Positions 51,531-63,739 of a stretch of DNA of 64,000 nt are shown here, one piece after another. The notes beneath the pieces are model-generated. The model saw only the letters and a list, made by a program, of their open reading frames with translations. It had not been told where the DNA came from and did no database searches. The stretch is from Octopus sinensis (lineage: Eukaryota), in assembly GCF_006345805.1 (NCBI RefSeq), contig NC_043013.1:1984001-2048000 (forward strand), given 5' to 3'. Positions within the stretch are counted from its first letter, which is position 1; each line of letters starts with the position of its first letter. A program made the translations under genes and the position numbers.

Positions 51531-51774
51531 TTCACTAAATGTCATATAGATGCTTGAGTAAATATATCTTTGCGAAGTCTTTGTTAATTTTTTAAAATAA
51601 TGATTATTAAAAAAACAATTGAAAAAAAAAGAAAAAGAAAAAGATACGTGTTCATTTTCTGTCCACTGTTTACTTGAGTTAAATTACATTGGGCTAAAAA
51701 GAAAGAATATATATATATATATATATCGTTAGCCACTACACACATTTTTTTCTCTCCTTGTTTTTTCAGTGTTC

Positions 51775-51810
51775 CTTTCTGTAGAAGAGCGCAGGCTCGA
51801 AATGTAAAAG
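51775..51810 (+). ncRNA. Hammerhead-like motif (same family as 36473-36508), with a point mutation in the ACGT palindrome
   Basis: CTTT-CTGTAGA-A-GAGC-GCAG-GCTC-GAA-ATGT-A-AAAG. Confidence 0.4.
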
Positions 51811-51834
51811 ACTTTTTCTATTCCTGAGCCAGTA

Positions 51835-52580
51835 TGCTCTGATGGATGTGTAATGTCAGTGTGCATACTCGACAGAGTGTAAGTACCTTGAGAGAAAATT
51901 TGGACCTAAGAAGCATCAGATGTCATATGCAAGAGAGACGACTGCACTGGTATGGCGATGTTGTGAGAATGAATGTGGATAGCTGTGTAGAAAAGTGCCA
52001 CATCATTGTGGTTGAGGGAACCTGTGGAAGAGGTAGACCCAGGAAGACCTGGGATGAGGTGGTGAAGCTTGACCATCAAACATTGGGCCTCACGAAGCAA
52101 TGACTAGTGACTGAGACCTTTGGAAATATGCTGTGCTTGAGAAGACCTGGCAAACCAAGTGAGACCATAACTTCATGGCCTATGCCAGGGTGTAACCAGC
52201 CCACTTATGCATACCTTTCCTTCATTAGACACTAAACTCTGCTTGCGAAGACCTGTTGAGGCAAGTGAAATCATAATCAAAATCAAATTTGATGATTAGC
52301 ATCTGTGCTAGTGGAGCGCTAAGAGTACCATACGAGTGTGATCATTGCCAGAGCAACAAACTGGCTCCCGTGCCGGTAGCATGTAAAAAGCACCATTCAA
52401 GCCTGATTGCTACCTGCATCACCTTACTGGCACTTGTGCTTGTGACATGTGAAAAAACATTTGAGTGAGGTCATTGCCAGTGTCGCTGGACTGGCTCCTG
52501 TGCAGGTGGCACATAAAAAGCACCATTTGAGCGTGGCCATTGCCAGTACCACTTGACTGGCCCTCGTGCCGGTGGCATGA
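51835..52580 (+). mobile_element. RTE LINE 3' fragment and 3' UTR
   Basis: LRENLDLRSIRCHMQERRLHWYGDVVRM...VEGTCGRGRPRKTWDEVVK. The UTR has repeated GTGCCGGTGGCA..TAAAAAGCACCA. Confidence 0.9.
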
Positions 52581-53354
52581 TTAACTTCCTACTTTCAATT
52601 TTTTGTCTATGTTAAAAAATCCTATCTTTGAATTATTTTGAAGAATTGTTAAAGCTTCAGACAAAATCCTTTATGACAAAAGTTTCCAACTTGGCTCTGA
52701 GAATTTAATTCAAAGTTTGCAGAGTTGGGAGACCTTTCAAAATCTTAGATTTATTTAAATTTATTTAAATTAAAAGATTTTTTAACATCTCAAATGCTGA
52801 AAACTTCAGTCTTTCAGGATTTGCTCCATTTCATTACTCTCTGTGTTCAAATCCTGCTGAGGTCAACTATGCTTTACATTCTTCTGAGGTCAATAAAATA
52901 AAGTACCTGGAGATGACGGTATAGAATAAGACACCTCTCCTCAAGATTGCTGGTCTTGTGCCTAAATTAGAAACCATTATTAGTATTAATATCTTTTGCA
53001 ATATCTTTGTTATGAATTCCTTTAAGGTTACCTTTACTAATACCCAAGGTTAAACAACAACAAATACCATCAATCATCACACCTTTATTTTCAATTTTTG
53101 TTACACCTGTATACTCGCCTTCTCTGATCTCCTTTCCTTGCAGTACTCTCCTTTTCTTTCATCATCATAATCATCACCAACACAGCCACCAGAACTATCA
53201 CCAACTATATCACATCCTTTTTATAATCCTTTTCTTTTTGGCCCAACTCAACATAATCACCACTTACAATACTGCCTCCACAACCATCATTACCACCACA
53301 ATTACCAACTTGTGATCTCTCAACACATGACCCACCTACTAGTGGCACAATTAC

Positions 53355-54320
53355 TTATGACTCATCAATTTGTGATCCATCAACTTGCAATCCATCAACT
53401 TGTGACCCATCAACTTGTAATATATTATCTTGTGACTCTTCAATTTGTGATCCATCAACTTGCAATCCATCAACTTGTGGCTCATCTTTGTATGATTCAT
53501 CTACCTGTGACCTATCTACTTGGGATCCATCAACTTGTGTTTCAACTTGAGCTTCATCAACTTGTGATGCTTCAACTTGTGATCCTTCAACTTGTGACCC
53601 ATCAACTTGTAATATATTATCTTGTGATCCATCAATTTGTGATCCATCAACTAGCAATCCCTCAACTAGTGATCCATCAACTTGTGATCCACCAACTTGT
53701 AATATATTATCTTGTGACTCATCAATTTGCGATCCATCAATTTGTGATCCATCAACTTGTAATCCATCAATTTGTGATCCATCAACTTGCAATCCATCAA
53801 CTTGTGACCCATCAACTTGTAATATATCATCTTGTGACTCATCAATTTGTAATCCATCAACTAGTGATCCATCAACTTGTGACCCATCAACTTGTAATAT
53901 ATCATCTTGTGACTCATCAATTTGTGATCCATCAACTTGCAATCCATCAACTTGTGACCCATCAACTTGTGACCCATCAACTTGTAATATATTATCTTGT
54001 GACCCATCAACTTGTGACTCTTCAACTAGCGATCCCTCCACTAGCAATCCATCAACTTGCGATCCATCAACTTGTAATCCATCAACCTGCAACCCATCTA
54101 TTTGAGATCCATCAACTTGCAATCCATCTACTTGTGACCCATCAACTTGTGACTCTTCAACTAGTGAACCTTCAACTTGTGATCCTTCAGCTTGTGACCC
54201 TTCAGCTTGTGACCCTTCAGCTTGTGATCCTTCAACTTGTGATACTTCAACTTGTGATCCTTCAACATGTGACCCATCAACTTGTGATCCACCAACTTGT
54301 GAGTCATCAATTTGTGACTC
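53355..54320. repeat. 15-bp coding minisatellite (CAAGTTGATGGATCA on the minus strand)
   Basis: Seen directly. Confidence 0.95.
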
Positions 54321-54967
54321 CTTAGCTAGGAAGCCATCAACTTCATGTCTATCATCTTGAGACACACGAACCAGTGTATCAATATCATCATCTTCTAATG
54401 TTTCAGTTTGCAAAAGAATATAATTATTTAGGGATTTCAGGTGATCTTGTAATAATTCTGGTTCTTTATCAGGTTTGCCATTAGTGTCTTCATCACTTTT
54501 ATTACTCATGTCATCATTACCACCACCATGACCACCACCACCACCATCATCATCCTGATTGCAAATACTACCAACACGATCAACACCATTATCACCACCA
54601 CCACCACCACCAACACTATTAGCACCATCCCCATTAATGTTACCTTCAGTACCACCATCATAGACATTGGCTGCATAAAACTCTGGATCAATTTGCTTCT
54701 CTAACAAATATTTAGAAATTTCCAAATCTTTTCTTGAAATGTCATCATTGTTGTCAGGAGCAGCTGTCATTTCCATAAGTGGCCCTTCCTCTTCTGTCAA
54801 GCCTCTTCCTGGAGACATCAAGCTAATACTGGGGCTCTCCTTATGGCAATCTTGAGGCAGATTTTGATCCACTGACTTATGTTGATCCAGTAAATATTGG
54901 AGACTCAAGATCAAGCTTTCAGTTGAACATTGTGGCTTCAGTTTCAGAAGATATTTATTGAGTTCAC
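53355..54967 (-). CDS. Large exon of an unidentified host protein: short helical segments, Gly/Asp low-complexity linkers, then ~60-65 SQVDG-type pentapeptide repeats
   Basis: Polypyrimidine tract and CAG acceptor (TTTTTTTTATTTCTGTCACAG|G) at 54968/54967. The frame is open from (G)ELNKYLLKLKPQCSTESLILSL to TAA at 53357-53355 (>530 codons). No transposon motifs. Confidence 0.75.
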
Positions 54968-55169
54968 CTGTGACAGAAATAAAAAAAATAAAAAATAATC
55001 AAAATAGATTTAAATTTTTTTTTTTTTTTGGAACGGTGGATCATGAAGCACATATAAAACTATAAATAACAGCACATAAATATTGGGTTGAAAATCTAGC
55101 TTTATGTCCTTCAAGATTCGCTGTTCCATAAAAAAAGTATTATTTTATGTACTCCTCACTTGTGTCTCG

Positions 55170-55460
55170 AATGGCCACTGCACCTACAAAAATTACCCTC
55201 CAAGACGCAAGTCCTGGCAAGATTGTTGATGGAAGACCAGCAGTCGCTCATGCATACCAGCCGGTGTTATCCAAGGGAAAGACAAGGGCTGATACAGCTT
55301 GACACAAGGGATGCTGCAACTAATTTCTACAGCTGAGTGAACTGAAGCAACATGAAATAAAGAGTCTTGCTCAAGAACACAACTCATAACCTGGTCTGAG
55401 AATTGAACTCACTACTTCATGATTCTGTGCTCTACGCTCTAACCACTGAGTCATGGACCT
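55170..55460 (-). mobile_element. SINE family C-related
   Basis: CAGCTGAGTGAACTG...CTTGCTCAAGAACACAA...CTCTAACCACTGAG. Similar copy at 63740-64000. Confidence 0.75.
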
Positions 55461-55817
55461 TCGCTTTACAACACCAAAAACTGGTAAGAATAAAGTTTCT
55501 AAAGTGGATAGACAAATTCAAAAGATTGCTAAGGTTTAATGGTAGAACACTTGACATGTTTACAGGAGATGTAGGTTCAAGTTCCAAGGCAGCTTTGATT
55601 TCTTCTATCTAATATTTACAGCTTTATTTCCTTCGAGATCCACTGTTTTAAAAAAGACTTATTTCATGTTCTCTCCAAAGTTTCTTATGGACAATAGCAG
55701 TAAAAATTAAACTGTTCAGTTTAGACAAGAATTCAACAACTGATTAGTATTAGATATCCAGCTCTTAAACATAGAACTGTTAACTTGGCTAAATTGTACC
55801 AAGAATAATTAACACAT

Positions 55818-56105
55818 TGGTGCTGGTGCCACGTAAAAAGCACCCAGTATACTCTGTAAAGTAGTTGGCCTTAGGAAACACATCCAGCAGTAGAAACCAT
55901 GCCAAAACAGACCTCACTGATTCTGGTGCCATGTAAAAAAGCACTCAGTCCATTTTGTAAGGTGGTTGGCACTAGGAAGGGCATCCAGCTGTAGAAATCA
56001 TGCCAAAACAGTGAAGCCTGGTGCAGTCTTCTGCCTAGCCAGCCCCTGTCAAACTGTCCAACCCATGGCAGCATGGAAAGCAGATGAAATAATGATGATG
56101 ATGAA
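55818..56105 (+). mobile_element. RTE-type 3' tail element with (GAT)n
   Basis: GGTGCCACGTAAAAAGCACC...GTCCAACCCATGGCAGCATGGAAA...GATGATG. Confidence 0.7.
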
Positions 56106-57114
56106 TGACCAAGTAATAGCATCTCTATACTTCTCATCTCTTTCAATGAGTCGACATGTTTCAGAAGATTATCAGCCAACAAACATCATAAATTTATTTA
56201 CCCAACACTTTTTGTATATCTTTTAATTCTTCATACAAAATATGACAGAATCATTATTTCAAATCCTGTTGTGCTCAAATACTTCTTTATTTCCCTCATA
56301 GAATTTGAACCCAGAACATAAAGATGGATGAAATGTTGCATCTTGCCTAGCATGCTGAAAATTCTTCCAGCTCGTCACCTTAAAGATATTCTATAGTATT
56401 AGTTATTTTCTTTAGAACATCATAAATGGTGATGCCAATTCAACATGATACTCTTCTTTGGCAAGTCTTCAGTCACTCTACATTGTTAATCACTAAACTG
56501 AGGACAAACAAAGTAGATGTCATCTTTTATTATGTAAATTGAATAAATAAATCATAACAGAACAAATGGTAAGTTAGGAGTGTTTATGTAATTTACTTGA
56601 CTTTCAATCACAGGTGTAGAAACCCATTGACTATGATGCAACTCAGACTCTTAGCAGTATGTATTGATACCTGTGACAAGATTCTTTACCTTAAAATATT
56701 TCCCTCATAGCATCAATCTTTATAATTATGATATCCAATAAATTATAGAGTTAATTTATAAGAGGAAGCTTAAAATATTTCATTCATTCTATAACAACTA
56801 CATCGACCTCTCTAATATATTGGGTATTGGCAGATAATGTATTTTTTATATTTAAAACAGGGATATTAAAATATTTCCTGTTAAGCTGATCTTTATTAGG
56901 TATTGATTGATAATCATCATCATCATCATCGTTTAACGTCCGTTCTCCATGCTGGAAATTAGGACACATCCTTTATTCTATAATAGTTGAATCAATTTCT
57001 ACAATTTATTTGGTATTAGCAGATAATCTATCCCTTAAAAATGGAGGGAGATGTATTTAAAAGTGGCTTATAAAATAAATTCTTAGATGTATAAAATACC
57101 TTATTAAAGCTTAC

Positions 57115-57208
57115 CTGGATTAAGAATGAGTGCAGTTCGGAATAAAGCCCACTGCTCAGGCGGTGGTTTGCAAATGAAGTTACTGGATCCCACATGAACG
57201 CGACGGTT
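57115..57208 (-). CDS. Candidate 94-bp upstream exon of the repeat-protein gene
   Basis: Acceptor ...AAACTTAG| and strong donor CCAG|GTAAGC. Read from phase 0 it gives NRRVHVGSSNFICKPPPEQWALFRTALILNP-G, which is phase-compatible with the 54967 exon. Another frame is also open, so the reading is uncertain. Confidence 0.35.
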
Positions 57209-58054
57209 CTAAGTTTCAATTTAAGAAAAAAACGAATATAAAATTAAAATTATAAAGCAGATAACATTATGGAAAAAAATTAATTTTCAAGGGAGATAAC
57301 TCAGAATATTGTATGGAGAGTTATCTTTCTTTGTTACTTTATTGATAACTGGGTGAAAAAATCTACTTTCTACCACACGTATCAACCACTGTATCTCGGT
57401 ACACTTCTATACAATGAGCTGTAATTTTTGAAGCTTGATGTAAAATATCTGAGAAAATTAGAGTGCCTTTTTTCGCACTGCGTTGGTACATGTGTATCCA
57501 TCCCTTTACCGTAAAGTGCACTACGTATCTAGTTTCAAAACAATTTTAATGCTTGCTTTTGTCAACAAATACACACACACATACATGTATGTATATGCGT
57601 GTGCACGTGTACAGACATGTAAATAAGTAAATAAATAGGCAATGAAGAGGTTTTAACGAATTTTTTACTTTGAGTAAAAAATAATTTTTACAAACTCTAT
57701 CAGCAAAACAAATGACCTTTCACTAAATACATTAAAAATGTTATAACAATCCGAACACCATTTCAGAATATTATCTCTGTCCTCTTTGAGTATATAAAAG
57801 AGGAATTTAGCAGGGGCAAAATGAGTAAGACAATGTCAAGTAAATACACATCAATATCTATCATCCTTAGACAACAGGAAGATCAGAAATGCATCAAAAG
57901 TTTTAAATATCTTGGTCAAATGAAAGAGGATCATGGGAAAATGGCACCTAATAGGACAACAAAATTCAACTAAATCAAAAACCTCAACATAAAATATTCT
58001 CTACAGCTTCTTCCCGATCTGTTGGAGTCACTCTCTTCACAATATTTTTACATA

Positions 58055-58224
58055 CGTAGGAGTGGCTGTGTAGTAAGTAGCTTGCTTACAAACTACATGG
58101 TTCTGGGTTCAGTCCCACTGCATAGCACCTTGGGCAAGTGTCTTCTACTATGGCCTCGGGCCAACCAAAGCCTTGTAAATGGATTTGGCAGATGGAAACT
58201 AAAAGAAGCCCGTCCGTTTATATG

Positions 58225-58304
<80 letters not shown>

Positions 58305-58520
58305 GTGTATATGTTTGTGTGTCTGTGTTTGTTCCCCCAACATCGCTTGACAACCGATGCTGGTGTGTTTATATCCCCGTAACTTAGTGGTTCGGCAAAA
58401 GAGACAGATAGAATATGTATTAGGCTTACAAAGAATAAGTCCTGGGGTTGATTTGCTCGACTAAAGGCGGTGCTCCAGCATGGCCACAGTCAAATGACTG
58501 AAACAAGTAAAAGAGCAAAA
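58055..58520 (+). mobile_element. Full-length SINE family B
   Basis: Colinear with 17648-18055. Confidence 0.9.
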
Positions 58521-59009
58521 GAGTATACCATGCAGTTAAAGAGAAGAATTTATTGAAATTAGTCATTACTCATTTTACCCCGTTGTAGGTTTTTTTCTTT
58601 TTGAATAGTAAAAATTATCAAAAAAGACATTAACGTGGAGGAAAATTAACTTAGAATCCAACAGAGAAAAGAATATTAATTGCTTAACACCAGAGATAAT
58701 CCAGATATTTTGTTAGCAACCTCAACTACAATTGGGTCAAAGTTGAAGAAACATTTCTTGAAAAAAAAAGTACCTGTCACCTTGTTATGTCCTAAATTAA
58801 CCCAGCTTTAACAACAACAACTATGCTAACCAATTTTTACTTCTAAAGACGATGCAACAATAACAAAATGAGGATTCAATACTTGCAATGTAATGATTTC
58901 AAACAGGTAAGAAGAAAATAACAAGAAATCAGAGATTACTCATTTTACCCCGGTTTCTTCCTAGTGAAACTAAAATAAGCTGCAGTACTTAGTATTCACT
59001 GACCTGGAG

Positions 59010-59320
59010 ATCACTCTACAATCTGGTGGTCGCTGAGGAAGCTAAGAATAGACAGATAGCTTGAGAGAGCCATTTTAAACCATAAAGAAGGTGAGGGTTA
59101 GCAAGGAGTAGAGCTATGAATTCAGGGTGCAGGTAAATGTTCCCTGAGGCTCAGTTTTCAGTCCTCTTCCATTTATTATAGTCTTTCAGGCTATAACGAA
59201 GGATGTCCATGGGAAATACTATATACTGATGATCTATTTCTTATATCTGAATGTGTGTAAGAATTAGAAAAGAAATTCTAGGTGTGGAAGCAAAACCTAA
59301 AATCAAAGGGGGCTAAGAAC
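59010..59320 (+). mobile_element. Degenerate RTE RT fragment
   Basis: WWSLRKL...EFRVQVNVP*GSV.SPL...GCPWEILYTDDL...VWKQNLKSKG. Confidence 0.75.
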
Positions 59321-59429
59321 TGAGCCCTAGAAAAGCCTAACCTCTGAAGCTACGCTGAATTTGTTGCTGTACTTGTTGCTAGCTCTGAGTACCATTTTTT
59401 ATGAGAGTACCATTTTTTATGGCTTATAT

Positions 59430-59700
59430 GGCTCACATAAGTGATTTATCTACTTCAAGTTTCCTTAGTGACCACCAATTTGCCAAAGAAATGATGCTGC
59501 CAAAGGTTTTCTCCAGGTTGAAAAGTGCCAGGTACAGCATCTTGCTCTTAGCTAAGTACTTCTCCTGTAGTTGTTTAACTAGGAAGACAGCATCAGTAGT
59601 ACTTCTTCCAAACACAAAACCAAACTACCTCTCCTTTAGGCTAACTCTTTCCCTAATCAATCAATCTGTCTATCTGACCATCATTTTAACACCTGCTTGT
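59430..59700 (-). mobile_element. Degenerate RTE RT fragment
   Basis: FGRSTTDAVFLVKQLQEKYLAKSKMLYLALFNLEKTF...WWSLRKL. Confidence 0.8.
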
Positions 59701-59919
59701 CCATGCATAGGTTGGAGAGAATTTACTGAGGCAGATTTTTGCAGCTAGATGCCTTTCCTGTCACCAACCCTCACCCGTTTTTGAGCAAGGTAATATTTCC
59801 CCATGATGGCCAGACATGTTCTCACAATAAGCTAGAAATGAATGATGCTGCCAGTATGACAGTAACAACCATTTACAACTATCATGTCATGTCAAGATAA
59901 GGATACACAAGCACAAACA

Positions 59920-60505
59920 CACACACGATGGTCTTCTTTCAGTTTCTATCTACCAAGACCCCTCACAAGGCTTGGGTCTGCATGTGGTTATAGTAGAAGA
60001 GACTTGCCCAAGTTTCCACACAGTGGGACTGAACCCTGAATCATGTGACTTTGAAGCAAACTTTTTAGCACACAGCCATACCTGCACCTATATATGTCTA
60101 TGCATTTTAAATATTCTGACAACATTGTATTACAGACACATTTCAGCTGATTTCACCAAATGGTTTCATACACGACACTTTTGGAGAATCAGTCTCAGCA
60201 CTCATCAGAAGGGTTGGCAGAAATAGTATGGTATGTACTCATTCCCTCCGGAGGGTCAGAAAGTGCCAAATCCAGTTTACAGCTGGCAGAAACATTAGCA
60301 CGCCAGGCAAAATGCTTAGCGGTGTTTCGTCTGCTGCTACGTTCTGAGTTCAAATTCCACCGAGGCTAACTTTGCCTTTCATCCTTTCAGGGTCGATTAA
60401 ATATGTACCAGTTATGCACTGGGGTCGATATAATCGACTTAATCTGTTTGTCTGTCCTTGTTTGTCTCCTCTGGGTGTAGCCCCTTGTGGGCAGTAAAGA
60501 AATAA
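59920..60505. mobile_element. SINE B 5' half (minus, 59920-60090) and SINE A (plus, 60280-60505)
   Basis: Consensus motifs. Confidence 0.75.
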
Positions 60506-60559
60506 CAAAAAATTGTTTGGAAAAACACTATGGGAGAAAACCCAGAATGGAATCTTTTG

Positions 60560-60900
60560 TTCCAAAGAGGCAACACCACATGTCCACTAAATGACCAAAT
60601 GCAACACAGAGACTACAGTATATAAGACAGATGTGAAATCAAAGGATCCCAGTGGACAGAACAGACATGCAGAAATGTGTATGAACAAAGATCCCTTCTA
60701 GAACAGAATTAACAACCACAAATCCTCCTTTAAGATCCTGAAGAGGCAAAATATTACAGCCTGAGCAAGGCACATATGAGTCATTGCAATATCAAGTAGA
60801 AAATACCTGAGTGAGGTAAACCTTGCTTCAATAATAGTAGAAAGTCAAGCTCTGCTAAGCAGAGAAAAGTATTATACTAAAGAAGTTTCTTCTCCTGGAT
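60560..60900 (+). mobile_element. Highly degenerate PLE GIY-YIG endonuclease remnant
   Basis: CNTETTVYKTDV...NRINNHKSSFK...NITA, resembling the Penelope-group VYKA...RYNNHKSSF motif. Confidence 0.45.
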
Positions 60901-61475
60901 TCTAACTTTAACTGCAAAAGCAGAAATTTCTGATCCTGCCCTTACCAATGTCAGTACATACCTGAATACTGGTAGAACTTTTACCATCTGTATTTTCCAT
61001 CACCACAATCTGAGGTTTTGGCATAAGGTTTGCCACACACAGCTTTATATACACACATACAAACCCACATACATATACATATAGACGTCCACACATGTTT
61101 CTAAGATTAAACCATCTTCCACTACCAACCCCACTTCCTGCTCACAAATCAACTGATGGCAGTCTCTGATTCCTGTCCACAACTCTAATGTGTTATGGGT
61201 TTTTTTACATACACTTTTTGTTTTGGATTTGACACTTTCTAACCTCCAGTAGTAAAGAGCCTGTGCCATATTATTTCAACACTTCTTACTATTATCAAGA
61301 CTGATTTCCCCAAACTCATATGCTTGAAACCAATCAAAATCACCAGAAACAGGTTTATAATATTGAAATTGCATAAATAGTTGACATACCCACTCTTTTG
61401 ACCAATGCATGAGTGCCTGTTTCCCTCATTCATGGATTCTTAGGCAACAGTATGTATATATATATATATATATAT

Positions 61476-63550
61476 CGCATCAAAAAAGAATTCGTGATAG
61501 AAGGGGTTAAATTCATCCTGGAAAATAACTTCTTCGCCTTCAATGACAACTTCTACCGACAAAAATCGGGGACTGCGATGGGTACACGAATGGCCCCCTC
61601 CTTTGCCAACCTAGTCATAGGATATCTAGAGATCAGTCTGTATCGCAAGGTTCTAGAAAGATATGGCAGCCCTTTCTCCATCTACATAGAAAACAACTGG
61701 AAGAGATATCTAGATGACTGTTTCATCCTTTGGCATAAAAATATAGAAAAACTCATAGAATTCCAGGAAATTTTAAACGGACTGGACGTAAACATCCAAT
61801 TCACGATGGAATATAGCCAGCAACAACTCCCCTTCCTCGATATCCTCATTAAAAAAGCTAATAATATAATAGAAACAGACATATATTATAAGCCTACAGA
61901 CTCTAAGCAATATCTTCCATTCAATTCATGCCACCCCAGACACACCAGGATGAATATTCCCTTCAACCTAGCAAAAAGGATATGCACTATAGTCTCGAAC
62001 ACAAACACCAGAGACACACGACTACAAGAACTAAAAGATACCCTTATCACCAGGAACTATCCACCTTCACTTATTGACAAGTGCATTCAACGTGCCCTTC
62101 AACTTAACATCAAGGAACTGAGACATCCCAAATCAAAGAAAAACTTACAACCAAAAGCCTTACCATACATCTCCACACACAACCCTCTCAATAACGAAGC
62201 CTTCGGCACCATCCTCCACAACATACCCCTCCTAAAAAAAGACCACAGAATGAACACAATCCTCCAAACACACACGATCATAAAAAGCAAGAGACAGCCT
62301 AAATCCATGAAAAGTCTCCTAACACAAGCCCGAATTCACTCTTCAACACAGAAGCCGACAGTAAAAAAATGTGGAAGACCCAATTGTGGGATATGCGACT
62401 ATCTAATTGAGGGATCAGAGTTCTCCTTCAAACAGGGACAACGGTTTACAGTGAAAAGCAACTTCACATGTGCTTCGGAGAACCTAATATACTCACTAAC
62501 CTGCTCCGGGTGTCAAGAGCAGTACATAGGCCAAACAAAAAATGGTTTGCGTAAACGAATGGCCCTGCACAGATCCCAGATAAAAATTCCCCAAAACAGA
62601 AAAATAGCTTTTAGCCAACACATAGATACTTGCGCCAACAAAAAAACACCAAACTTCAGGATTTTCCCCCTCTACCAATTTAGGGACGATACAACCTCGA
62701 GACAACGAATAAGTAAAGAAACTCTCTTTATTGCAAAATACAGGCCACTTCTTAACGGGTCTACGACAAACAATTAATATACCTCAACTTTAGAATAAAA
62801 GAAATATTCACACACAAATATTACATTCCAAAGAATCCATTAGTAATCACAGCTTAAATCACAGCTATAATCCATAACATACCAACTTCAAGTCATACAA
62901 CACCTCACTACTTTAACCCATTCATATTCTCCCTTCTCTGTTTTTTTCTTCTTCTTCTTCCTCTTCTTCTTCATCATCATCATTATCATCATCATCGTCG
63001 TCATAATCATCACCACCTTCACCATCATCTTCTCCTTCTCCTTCTTCTTCTTCTTCTTCTTCATCATCATCATCATCAACATCGTCATCTTCTTCTTCTT
63101 CTTCTTCTTCTACTTCTCCACCTCCTACCCCTTAACTTTGTCACTAATGTTTTTTAGTATAACACCTACGCTAATTCTATAAACAAGCCTGTCAATATAA
63201 ATATTCTCCTGAATTGAACTGAGACTGCCAGCCACCCCTGACCATTCAAAATACGACCATCAGGGCACTCCCAGATTCTCCCACCCCCTTTCCTCACCAT
63301 CTTTCTTCCTCTACTACCCTACCAAGAACTCACAACGACCTCCAACACACAAGTGCAAACAAGGGAGTCAGAGAAAGGCAGAATGCCACTTAAATCTGAA
63401 CACTACTATAGAAATATTCTTTTAAAAAAACTTTTCTTCTAATTTTTCAAAATTTAATTATTTAATCGTTACAGTTGAAAAGGTCTCAAAATGACCGAAA
63501 CCGGTACTGAAAGATTCACTATAAAATCATCTTAGCATTTTCTATTTTTG
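61476..63550 (+). mobile_element. 5'-truncated Penelope-like element with uninterrupted RT-GIY-YIG ORF (to 62777), flanked by (TA)n
   Basis: FYRQKSGTAMGTRMAPSFANL, WKRYLDDCF, LPFLDILI, YKPTDSKQYLPFNSCHP, KCGRPNCGICDY, LIYSLTCSGCQEQYIGQT, KETLFIAKY. Confidence 0.95.
63472..63509 (+). ncRNA. Minimal type I hammerhead ribozyme motif with U3/A8 covariation
   Basis: CAG-TTGAAAA-GGTC-TCAAAAT-GACC-GAA-ACCGGT-A-CTG, in sense orientation in the 3' tail of the PLE. Confidence 0.7.
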
Positions 63551-63562
63551 ACTTGTTTTTTC

Positions 63563-63624
<62 letters not shown>

Positions 63625-63667
63625 TATATATATATTGTATACATACATAAATGTGGGCATGAGTATA

Positions 63668-63701
<34 letters not shown>

Positions 63702-63739
63702 TATATAGTTATGTAGTTATATATGTATATAAAAGGGCA

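Noticed and set aside
53312-54325. 337-aa plus-strand His/Gln/Leu/Val-rich ORF
   Set aside because: It is the antisense shadow of the 15-bp coding repeat and has no non-repeat portion or splice support. The minus frame extends 650 bp beyond the repeat to an acceptor.
55520-55590. tRNA-like GGTTTAATGGTAGAACAC...GGTTCAAGTTCC
   Set aside because: Too degenerate to fold into a cloverleaf. At most an old SINE head.
57350-57530. Open minus frame YVVHFTVKGWIHMYQ... as another exon
   Set aside because: There is no good donor, and it lies next to a GGGAGATAACTC...GAGTTATCT palindrome (similar motif at ~51225-51265) suggestive of a repeat element.
61045-61430. Possible Copia protease-like remnant on the minus strand
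   Set aside because: It needs several frameshifts and the catalytic DSG motif is not visible, so support is insufficient.
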